Assembly (NCBI GenBank): GCA_009780015.1
Contig: WRAW01000001.1
Span: forward strand, 14,012-78,011
Reading direction: 5' to 3'
Length of the DNA: 64,000 nt
Source of the DNA: Defluviitaleaceae bacterium
GTDB taxonomy: Bacteria > Bacillota > Clostridia > Lachnospirales > WRAA01
Each line of letters begins with the position of its first letter. Position 1 is the stretch's first letter. Shown piece by piece: positions 57,018-64,000 of this stretch. The notes beneath the pieces were generated by a model. It saw only the letters and a program-made list of their open reading frames with translations, had not been told where the DNA came from and made no database searches. A program made the position numbers and the translations under genes.

Positions 57018-58323
57018 AATGTCAAGCCGCGCGTATAAAGCCGCGCAAAATTATATCCCCGGCGGCGTAAACAGCCCTGTCAGGGCGTTCCGGTCGGTCG
57101 GTCTTGACCCCATATTCGTGGAAAGCGGCCGTGGAAGCCGGATTTTCGATATTGACGGAAACGGTTATATCGACTATGTATGCTCCTGGGGGCCGCTGAT
57201 ACTGGGGCACAGCCACGACGATCTGGTCGGCAAAGTCACCGAAACCGCCAGGAAGGGGCTGAGCTTCGGCCTGTCCACACAGGCCGAAGTCGAAATGGCC
57301 AGGATTATAGTTGAGTCATACATCGTAGATTCAAAGCCTGCCATCGACCTCGTACGGATGGTCAACTCCGGCACGGAAGCCACCATGAGCGCCCTTCGCG
57401 CCGCACGCGCCTACACCCGGCGCGACAAGATTCTCAAGTTCGAGGGCTGCTACCACGGGCACTCCGACGCGATGCTGGTCAAGTCGGGTTCGGGGGCACT
57501 CACATATGGCGTGCCGACAAGCCTTGGCGTACCGGAAGACGTGATAAAGCACACCCTCGTCGGCCGCTACAACGACTGCGAACAGCTTCGCGAAATATTC
57601 AAAGCCCACGGCCACGAAATCGCCGCCGTAATTGTAGAACCGGTCGTCGGTAACGTCGGCGTAATCTCGGCCGGACATGAATTCCTGCGCGCTATGCGCG
57701 AGCTTTGCACGGAACACGGTTCGGTGCTTATCTTCGACGAGGTAATCACGGGCTTTCGCCTGAGCTACAACAGCGCCGCCGGGTACTTCGGCATTGCCCC
57801 CGATATGGCCTGTTTCGGAAAGATAATCGGCGGTGGCCTGCCCGTCGGAGCCTACGGCGGCAAAGCCGACATAATGAAGACGGTTTCTCCGCTGGGCGGA
57901 GCGTACCAGGCCGGAACGCTCTCAGGAAACCCCCTCGCAATGCATGTCGGAATGAAACAGTTGCAAATACTTCGCGACAACCCCGAAATCTACGGGCGGC
58001 TGGATTCAATGGGCAGCAGACTGGCGAACGGATTACGCCAGGCAGTCTCCGATCTCGGTCTGGACTACACGGTAAACCAAGTCGGTTCGCTTGTATGCTT
58101 ATTTTTCGCAGGCGGCTCAATTACCGACTATGACGGCGTAATGCGCTGCGACGTCCCCCGCTTCAACAAATATTTCAAGCTGATGCTCGACCGCGGCATA
58201 CTTCTTGCTCCCACACAGTTTGAGGCAATGTTCATATCCGCCGCGCACACGGACGCGGATATTGAGTATACGCTGGAATGCTGCCGGGAATCGCTGCGGG
58301 AGGTCAGCCGCGATGAAGGTTAG
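57004..58323 (+). CDS. hemL: glutamate-1-semialdehyde 2,1-aminomutase
   Basis: IPGGVNSPVRAF, SWGPLILGH, FDEVITGFR and the FGKIIGGGLPVGAYGG Lys context. The ATG at 57004 follows GAGGTGG. Confidence 0.93.
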   Translation: MMKREMSSRAYKAAQNYIPGGVNSPVRAFRSVGLDPIFVESGRGSRIFDIDGNGYIDYVCSWGPLILGHSHDDLVGKVTETARKGLSFGLSTQAEVEMARIIVESYIVDSKPAIDLVRMVNSGTEATMSALRAARAYTRRDKILKFEGCYHGHSDAMLVKSGSGALTYGVPTSLGVPEDVIKHTLVGRYNDCEQLREIFKAHGHEIAAVIVEPVVGNVGVISAGHEFLRAMRELCTEHGSVLIFDEVITGFRLSYNSAAGYFGIAPDMACFGKIIGGGLPVGAYGGKADIMKTVSPLGGAYQAGTLSGNPLAMHVGMKQLQILRDNPEIYGRLDSMGSRLANGLRQAVSDLGLDYTVNQVGSLVCLFFAGGSITDYDGVMRCDVPRFNKYFKLMLDRGILLAPTQFEAMFISAAHTDADIEYTLECCRESLREVSRDEG

Positions 58324-59032
58324 TCCAGAGGCGCTCAAAAAGCTCAAGTTGTTCGCAAAAGCCTCCGATGAGTCATTACAGGCGCTGTGCTCAGCCGCAA
58401 AGGTCGTAACGTACCCAAAGGGCAGCCGCGTCTTCTACGACAAAGAGATGCTGGACAACGTGTATGTCGCCTTTTCGGGAAAGTTCTGCCTATACAAGAT
58501 CACCGCAACCAGCGACCGCCGCATAATTTTCATAAAGGGCGGCGGAACCCTGCTTAACGACAATCTCCAGCCCGGCACGCTCAGCGTTATCTACTGCGAA
58601 AGCTTCGAGCGATCAACCGCACTTGTAATCGGCAAGCAACAGTTCCTGCGTATTATGAAGGATGACTTTAACATAACTCTGGCCGTGATCGAACAGTATT
58701 CATCAAAGCTGCGCAAAACTTACCGTCAGCTCAAGAACGCGCTGACCACCGTCCCTGTCGATAAGAAGATCGTTGCCCGCCTCTACGCCCTGCGCCGCGA
58801 CTTCGGCGTAATAACTCCCTCCGGCATACTGATCGACATTCCCATCACGGTGACAAATCTTTCGGAAATGCTGGGCGCTCAACGCGAAACAGTATCGAGA
58901 ACTCTTAAAAAACTCATCAAGGAAGACCTTATCGTCTACAAAAACAAGAGGATCACCATACGCAATCCCGATGATATTGTGCATTTTTACAACCGCGAGA
59001 AAGTCCGATGTAATGAAATGACTTTAATTTGA
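58313..59032 (+). CDS. Crp/Fnr family transcriptional regulator (CRP-like recognition helix)
   Basis: There is an N-terminal cNMP-binding-like beta-roll and a C-terminal HTH NLSEMLGAQRETVSRTLKKL. No N-terminal Cys cluster is seen. The ATG at 58313 overlaps the hemL end. Confidence 0.82.
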   Translation: MKVSPEALKKLKLFAKASDESLQALCSAAKVVTYPKGSRVFYDKEMLDNVYVAFSGKFCLYKITATSDRRIIFIKGGGTLLNDNLQPGTLSVIYCESFERSTALVIGKQQFLRIMKDDFNITLAVIEQYSSKLRKTYRQLKNALTTVPVDKKIVARLYALRRDFGVITPSGILIDIPITVTNLSEMLGAQRETVSRTLKKLIKEDLIVYKNKRITIRNPDDIVHFYNREKVRCNEMTLI

Positions 59033-59310
59033 TATACAGCGTATTGGGCAGGGGATTACTCAATACAACAACAGTCAGGTTCCGTTTAGCCAGGAGCCGA
59101 CCTTTATACCGCTGAATCAAGTATGATTTTGATATTGTGTTATCCGGGCATAGCGAGCCGCATGGGCGGGAAGTAATTGTAATGATGGAAGCTGCACCGT
59201 AGCATAATGTTTACCCAGTATATCCTGTTGAAAATATAAACGTTAAGAACCTTCTATAAGATAATGCTTATGGATTGTTCTCTGAAAAAATATTCCCAAA
59301 AGCGCCGGTC

Positions 59311-59353
59311 TGTGATTATTGTCACAGACTTTTGTTGTGCGTAGCCCTAGAAT
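59311..59353 (+). promoter_or_regulatory. CRP-type palindrome TGTGATTATTGTCACA plus TAGAAT -10 box upstream of asrA
   Basis: The palindrome is at 59311..59326, then 21 nt, then TAGAAT at 59348..59353. If +1 is about 59360 the site centre is at about -41.5. Confidence 0.65.
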
Positions 59354-59385
59354 ATTGTTAAAAATCCTACGAGTGGAGGTCAAAT

Positions 59386-60390
59386 ATGGGATTAGTTCTA
59401 AGCGCTTCACGGTTCGGCAAACTCATGGAAGAGTGGTCGAAAAAGTACGATATATACGCTCCGGCGCTCTTCGAGGGTTCAGGCCCGTTTTCGGACACCG
59501 ACCAGGTCCGCTACGCAAAGGTAACAAGCCTTGAAGAGATAGTATTCGACAAAAAGTCGAACTACCCGTTCAAAGAGGCTATTCTTCCCATCACCCAGGT
59601 GTTGTTTTATTTTACCGAAGACGAAGTGCGGGAAGCCGCGCCAAGAGGCAGGGACGCAGTCATATTCCTTCGCAGCTGCGACTTTAACGCCCTGCGGAGC
59701 CTGGACGCAATCTACATACGCAACGTTATTGAGGATCACTACTATAAGGGCGTCCGAGAGCGGGCAAAATTCGTGGTAATGGGTTGCGAGAGCAGCTTCG
59801 ATAACTGCTTCTGCGTAGACATGGAGACTAACACATGCAGCGGCTACGACGCCTACATACACCTTGAGGCGGACAGCGTTACGCTGGACATCGTAAACCC
59901 CGAACTAGCCGACAGCTTCAGCTTCGAGTCGGGCGAAAACGCCCAGATCACGCCCAAATTTGTCACAGCTACAACCACAAGGGTCAACATACCCGGCAAC
60001 CTCGACGCCTCCGTCGCAGGCTCCGACATGTGGGACGAGTATCACACCCGCTGCACATCCTGCGGGCGCTGCAACTTCGTTTGCCCGACCTGTACGTGCT
60101 TTTCAATGCAGGACGTGTCCTACACCGACAACGGCAAGTGCGGCGAACGCCGGCGCGTATGGGCCTCGTGCCAGGTGGACGGCTTCACCGACATGGCCGG
60201 CGGGCACAGCTTCCGCGCAAACAAGGGTCAGCGCACAAGGTATAGGGTGCTGCACAAGGTCTACGACTTCAAGAAGCGCAACGGCTACCACATGTGCGTG
60301 GGCTGCGGGCGCTGCAGCGACGCCTGCCAGGAATATATCTCATTCTCGGCGTGCGTTAACAAGCTTGAAAAAGCAATGGGGGTGAAGTAG
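59386..60390 (+). CDS. asrA: anaerobic sulfite reductase subunit A
   Basis: 334 aa with C-terminal ferredoxin-type clusters CTSCGRCNFVCPTCTC and CVGCGRCSDACQ. It is the first gene of a three-gene set with asrB/asrC-like partners. Confidence 0.85.
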   Translation: MGLVLSASRFGKLMEEWSKKYDIYAPALFEGSGPFSDTDQVRYAKVTSLEEIVFDKKSNYPFKEAILPITQVLFYFTEDEVREAAPRGRDAVIFLRSCDFNALRSLDAIYIRNVIEDHYYKGVRERAKFVVMGCESSFDNCFCVDMETNTCSGYDAYIHLEADSVTLDIVNPELADSFSFESGENAQITPKFVTATTTRVNIPGNLDASVAGSDMWDEYHTRCTSCGRCNFVCPTCTCFSMQDVSYTDNGKCGERRRVWASCQVDGFTDMAGGHSFRANKGQRTRYRVLHKVYDFKKRNGYHMCVGCGRCSDACQEYISFSACVNKLEKAMGVK

Positions 60391-61188
60391 ATGTGCGACC
60401 GCAATGAATACATACCATCCGCGTACGAAATAAAGGATGTCGTCAAGCAGACCGACGCCGAGTATACATTCAGAGTCGCCTACTCCGCCGATGTGAAGCC
60501 CGGCCAGTTCTTCGAGGTTTCTATCCCCAAGTTCGGCGAGTCGCCAATCTCCATAAGCGAGATAGGCCCCGACTATATCGACCTGACCATACGCAAGGTT
60601 GGCAGAGTCACCAGCGAAATATTCACCTATACCGGCGGCGACAAGCTTTTTATGCGCGGGCCTTACGGCAACGGCTTTGACCTTGACGTCTTCAAAGGCA
60701 AGGAGCTGATCGTGGCGGCCGGCGGAACCGGCGTTTCCCCGGTCAAGCCCGTAATAGACTACTTCGCGGCTAACCCCGGAGAAGTAACAAGCTGCAAAGT
60801 CCTTCTGGGCTACAAGTCACAACAGGACATACTCTTCAAGAACTCGCTGGCAAACTGGACCAGCAGCCTGGACGTTTCCCTGACTCTTGACAGAGCCGAG
60901 GAAGGCTACGGCGGGCGTGTGGGCTTCGTCTCCGCGCTGGTTCCCGGCCTGGATATCGCCAATCCGCCTGAAGCTCAGGTAATAGTGGTCGGCCCGCCCG
61001 CCATGATAACCTCCACGGCCAAGGAATTTCTTAACCGCGGCATAGCTATTTCAAATATCTGGATATCCCTTGAAAGGCGTATGTGCTGCGGCATCGGCAA
61101 ATGCGGCCATTGCAGAATCAACGACCAATACGTCTGCCTGGACGGGCCGGTGTTCAACTACGAGAAGGGCGTCAATTTGGTTGACTAA
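60391..61188 (+). CDS. asrB: anaerobic sulfite reductase subunit B
   Basis: It has a flavodoxin-reductase-like fold (GPYGNGF, AAGGTGVSPV) and a C-terminal 2Fe-2S motif CCGIGKCGHCRI. Confidence 0.85.
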   Translation: MCDRNEYIPSAYEIKDVVKQTDAEYTFRVAYSADVKPGQFFEVSIPKFGESPISISEIGPDYIDLTIRKVGRVTSEIFTYTGGDKLFMRGPYGNGFDLDVFKGKELIVAAGGTGVSPVKPVIDYFAANPGEVTSCKVLLGYKSQQDILFKNSLANWTSSLDVSLTLDRAEEGYGGRVGFVSALVPGLDIANPPEAQVIVVGPPAMITSTAKEFLNRGIAISNIWISLERRMCCGIGKCGHCRINDQYVCLDGPVFNYEKGVNLVD

Positions 61189-61199
61189 AGGGTGAGTAT

Positions 61200-62174
61200 A
61201 TGGATATAAACGTCAAGAAAGTCAAGAAGAACGCGTTTCGCGTGACGAAGCACCGCGGTCTCACGGCCTCCCGCGTGAGGGTTCCCGGCGGTGATATAAC
61301 CAGCGAACAGCTTAGGATCGTGGCCGAAATCGCCGACAAGTACGGCAACGGCAAGGCGCACATAACCACACGTCAGGGCTTCGAGATCCCCGGCATCAAG
61401 TACGAAGACATGCCCAAGGTAAACGAAATGCTGCAGCCGCTTATCGACCAATTGGGCATTAACCAAGACACGCCGGGTACGGGCTATACCTCCGCCGGAA
61501 CGCGCAACATCACGGCCTGCATCGGCAACAGGGTCTGCCCATTCGCCAATGTGGAGACGTCGCGTATCGCGAAGCGCATCGACAAGGCCGTGTTTCCTCA
61601 CGACCTCCACTTTAAGATAGCAATCACCGGCTGCCCCAACGACTGCGTCAAGGCGCGTATGCATGACTTCGGCCTTATCGCGGCGACAATGCCGCAGTAC
61701 GAGCGCGACCGCTGCATCTCCTGCTATGCCTGTGAAAAAGCCTGCCGCCTCAAGGCAACTCAGGCTCTCAAGATAGTTAACGAGCGCATAGAGCGAGAAC
61801 ATACCAAGTGTATAGGCTGCGGCGAATGTGTGCTTAACTGCCCGACCAGAGCCTGGACGCGCAGCAAGCAGCGCTATTTCCGCCTGGCCATAATGGGGCG
61901 CACAGGTAAGAAAAACCCCCGGCTTGCCGAGGACTTTCTCCTCTGGGCGGACGAGGACAGTTGCGTCCAGATCATCAAAAATACCTACAAGTACGTAACC
62001 AACTACATCAACTTGGGCGCCCCCGGCGGCAAGGAACACATAGGCTACATAGTCGACCGTACGGGCTTCCACGAATTCAAGAAATGGGCGCTCGAAGACG
62101 TCAAGCTCGGCCCGGACACTATTGTTAAGGAACATGTAAACTGGGGCGGCATCCGCTATGGGCTGCACTACTAG
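61200..62174 (+). CDS. asrC: anaerobic sulfite reductase subunit C (siroheme/4Fe-4S)
   Basis: It has a nitrite/sulfite reductase 4Fe-4S-siroheme region (TACIGNRVCPF, ITGCPNDC) plus inserted ferredoxin motifs CISCYACEKAC and CIGCGECVLNCP. Confidence 0.85.
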   Translation: MDINVKKVKKNAFRVTKHRGLTASRVRVPGGDITSEQLRIVAEIADKYGNGKAHITTRQGFEIPGIKYEDMPKVNEMLQPLIDQLGINQDTPGTGYTSAGTRNITACIGNRVCPFANVETSRIAKRIDKAVFPHDLHFKIAITGCPNDCVKARMHDFGLIAATMPQYERDRCISCYACEKACRLKATQALKIVNERIEREHTKCIGCGECVLNCPTRAWTRSKQRYFRLAIMGRTGKKNPRLAEDFLLWADEDSCVQIIKNTYKYVTNYINLGAPGGKEHIGYIVDRTGFHEFKKWALEDVKLGPDTIVKEHVNWGGIRYGLHY

Positions 62175-62278
62175 ATGTTATAAAGTTAAAATTTCTCGAT
62201 ATCACAAACTTAGCTTATTTCATACAATGTGGAATAGGCTCTATTTTTGTGAGAGCCCTATTGTCATAGGGGGTTGAC

Positions 62279-63271
62279 ATGCCAAAGTGTGACGCGGTGT
62301 TTCAGGGCGGCGGCGTAAAAGGAACCGGCTTTGCCGGGGCGGTGATGATACTGGAAGAGGCAGGCTACAAGTTCGAGAATATTGTGGGCACGTCTGCCGG
62401 CGCGATTGTTGCGGCATTACTGTCGGCCGGATACAGCGGAGCGGAAATACGTGACGAGCTGATGCGGGTCGATTACAAAAAGTTTTTGGACGCGTCGTGG
62501 CTGGTTAGGACTTTTTATACTCCTAAGCTGGTGAACCTTGCCTTCAAATGGGGAATATACAGGACGGACGCTTTCGAGGCGTGGCTTGGCGGATTGCTGG
62601 AAAGAAAGGGAAAGATCAAATTTCGCGACATACGCACGAATTTGGAGGATGAACGGTATAGATACGGATTCCAAGCGATAGCCTCAGACATAACCAGCAA
62701 AACGATGCTGCTGCTGCCGGGCGACCTCAAAAAGTTTGGAATAGACCCGGACGAATTTCCAATCGCAAAGGCTGTGCGTATGAGTATGTGCATACCATTC
62801 TATTTCGAGCCGTACAGGTTGACAGGGTCAGACGGCAAAGAACACGTAATACTGGACGGAGGGCTGCTCAGCAACTATCCCGTGTGGGTGCTCGACGACG
62901 GCAGCCACAACCCGGCAGTGCCGACATTCGGCTTCAAGTTTGGCAGCCACAACCAAAACCCGCGCAAAAAGGATCATGGAAATACGCTAATCGGCTTTAC
63001 TAAGTCAATCGTTTCAACCCTTTTGAGCGCTTGGGACAACCGGCACATTTCGGAATCAAGCGGCGACCTTGCGCGCACGATACTTATTTCCACGGCAATA
63101 ACGTCTCAAGGCAAGCAGAAGGTGGTCGGTACCACTGAATTCGACATATCAGACGACGAGAAGAGACAACTGCTCGAAAACGGCATGACTGCGGCGCGCA
63201 AGTTTCTGGCGGGTTGGAATTTTGAAAAATGGAAGAAGGAGTTTCGCGCAAATACAGTGGAACAACTTTAA
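62279..63271 (+). CDS. patatin-like phospholipase
   Basis: FQGGGVKGTGFAG (oxyanion loop), GTSAGA (GxSxG) and LDGGLLSNYP (the catalytic Asp context). Confidence 0.85.
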   Translation: MPKCDAVFQGGGVKGTGFAGAVMILEEAGYKFENIVGTSAGAIVAALLSAGYSGAEIRDELMRVDYKKFLDASWLVRTFYTPKLVNLAFKWGIYRTDAFEAWLGGLLERKGKIKFRDIRTNLEDERYRYGFQAIASDITSKTMLLLPGDLKKFGIDPDEFPIAKAVRMSMCIPFYFEPYRLTGSDGKEHVILDGGLLSNYPVWVLDDGSHNPAVPTFGFKFGSHNQNPRKKDHGNTLIGFTKSIVSTLLSAWDNRHISESSGDLARTILISTAITSQGKQKVVGTTEFDISDDEKRQLLENGMTAARKFLAGWNFEKWKKEFRANTVEQL

Positions 63272-63368
63272 TTTGCCCGGCGCTAAAGCGCCTACTTTGT
63301 GGAACGTCGGCGGCAGTAAGCCGACGCTTGCAGAAAATATTGGTTCGTTTCTCAAGTTGTTTCACTAT
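63255..63368 (+). repeat. family-2 structured repeat, copy 2 (internally deleted)
   Basis: acagtggaacaactttaat...ggcgctaaagcgcc.tttgtggaacgtcggcggcagtaagccgacgctt.cagaaaatattggttcg...aagttgtttcactat aligns with 31009..31134. The left arm covers the last patatin codons and the TAA stop. The left ccaatatt segment is missing. Confidence 0.8.
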
Positions 63369-63441
63369 AGGATTGAAAGTTAGCGCGGACTAGAGTATAC
63401 TAAGGGCAGATGTTTATGTCGATAGTACGAAGGAGAATGTT

Positions 63442-64000
63442 ATGGGAACGCAACATGAGTACACTCTGCCCGAGCTGCTCCCGCTGCCCGGCCTGGAGCA
63501 GACCATCGAAAAGTATTTGGAGCGCGTACGCCCGCTGGTTACACAGGCCGAATACGACGCTGCCGAGCAGAAAGCGCGCCGCTTCGCCGAGGGAGGCGGG
63601 CGGAGCTTGCACGGCAAGCTTGAGGAATTCGCCAAGAGCGCTCCGGGAAGCTGGCTGACCGGGATATGGCTGAACAAGTACCTGGCATACCGCGGAGAAC
63701 TCAGCAGTAACATGAACTACCTCACAACACTTGACACTACAAAAATACCACGCCGCGGAAGCTTTGCGGAATTTGCCGCGGCGCTTGTAAGCGCTTTCAC
63801 CAAGGTGTACGTACAGAGCGCCGGCAGGAGCCTTCCGCAGGAGTCGGGCCGCTCGGGGCCTTTGTGCATGGAACAGTATAAGTACGCGTTCGGCGCGTGC
63901 CGAATTCCAAGACCCGAACACGACGAACTGTACGTCGGAGACAGGTCTCTGGAGAATGCACATGTAATAATACTGTGCCACGAGAACATTTACACGCTGG
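63442..64000 (+). CDS. choline/carnitine O-acyltransferase family protein, N-terminal part (runs off window)
   Basis: Not in the ORF track because there is no stop. AGGAG then ATG at 63442. LPLPGLEQTIEKYLERVRPLV, WLTGIWLNKYL and GPLCMEQYKYAFGACRIPRPEHD parallel the N-terminus of carnitine acetyltransferases as I recall it. Confidence 0.7.
   Translation, partial: MGTQHEYTLPELLPLPGLEQTIEKYLERVRPLVTQAEYDAAEQKARRFAEGGGRSLHGKLEEFAKSAPGSWLTGIWLNKYLAYRGELSSNMNYLTTLDTTKIPRRGSFAEFAAALVSAFTKVYVQSAGRSLPQESGRSGPLCMEQYKYAFGACRIPRPEHDELYVGDRSLENAHVIILCHENIYTL

Noticed and set aside
61185-62168. Long antisense ORFs opposite real genes. Examples: 61185..62168(-), 4934..5764(-), 46558..47403(-), 43263..44360(+), 54075..54860(-), 35832..36602(+), 39914..40777(+).
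   Set aside because: Each lies entirely opposite a gene with a strong family signature. Their translations are Arg/Ala/Gly-rich with no motifs. They are typical shadow ORFs.
62279-63271. Patatin-like protein as a CBASS (CapV-type) defence effector
   Set aside because: There is no cyclase (CD-NTase) or other CBASS component adjacent. The neighbours are asrC and an acyltransferase.

Overview
This 64-kb window looks like the chromosome of an anaerobic, amino-acid-fermenting Firmicute (Clostridia-like). That is an inference from gene content only; I ran no database search. All protein family calls come from reading the translated ORFs by eye.

Gene content from left to right:
- The conserved cluster pyrH-frr-uppS-cdsA-dxr-rseP.
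- A YtrA-type GntR/ABC module.
- Type III glutamine synthetase divergent from glmS, followed by tex.
- A visibly more AT-rich block encoding a REC-less CheB-type methylesterase, a hybrid histidine kinase, an MCP and a 1671-aa hybrid kinase with 8 tandem PAS-like modules.
- glpK, then selB translationally coupled to a divergent bacterial-type ProRS paralogue.
- A complete D-proline reductase (prd) operon, prdC-prdA-x-prdB-prdD-prdE-prdF plus a TauE/SafE permease. PrdB and PrdC each carry an in-frame UGA that I read as selenocysteine.
- An archaeal-type proS, then mobAB-moeA.
- A full siroheme pathway (cbiK::hemC fusion, cobA::hemD, hemB, sirC, hemA, hemL), a Crp/Fnr regulator and anaerobic sulfite reductase asrABC.
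- A patatin-like lipase and a choline/carnitine acyltransferase-like gene cut by the window end.

Most interesting non-genic signals:
1. A family of nested-palindromic, highly structured about 150-270 nt repeats with 4 copies. One copy is inserted in-frame inside dxr. One extends a DUF1232 ORF. One donates the hemB stop codon.
2. A second, unrelated structured repeat family with 2 copies at gene 3' ends.
3. 2.3 tandem copies of an 84-bp unit, each containing a 47-nt hairpin, in the predicted leader of moeA-mobAB.
4. Two TGTGA-N6-TCACA palindromes with identical -10 context. They link asrABC and the moeA/siroheme divergent region to the adjacent Crp-like regulator.
5. The degenerate ProRS paralogue coupled to selB beside the prd selenoprotein operon.

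No rRNA, tRNA, CRISPR array, transposase or recognisable phage or defence genes were seen.
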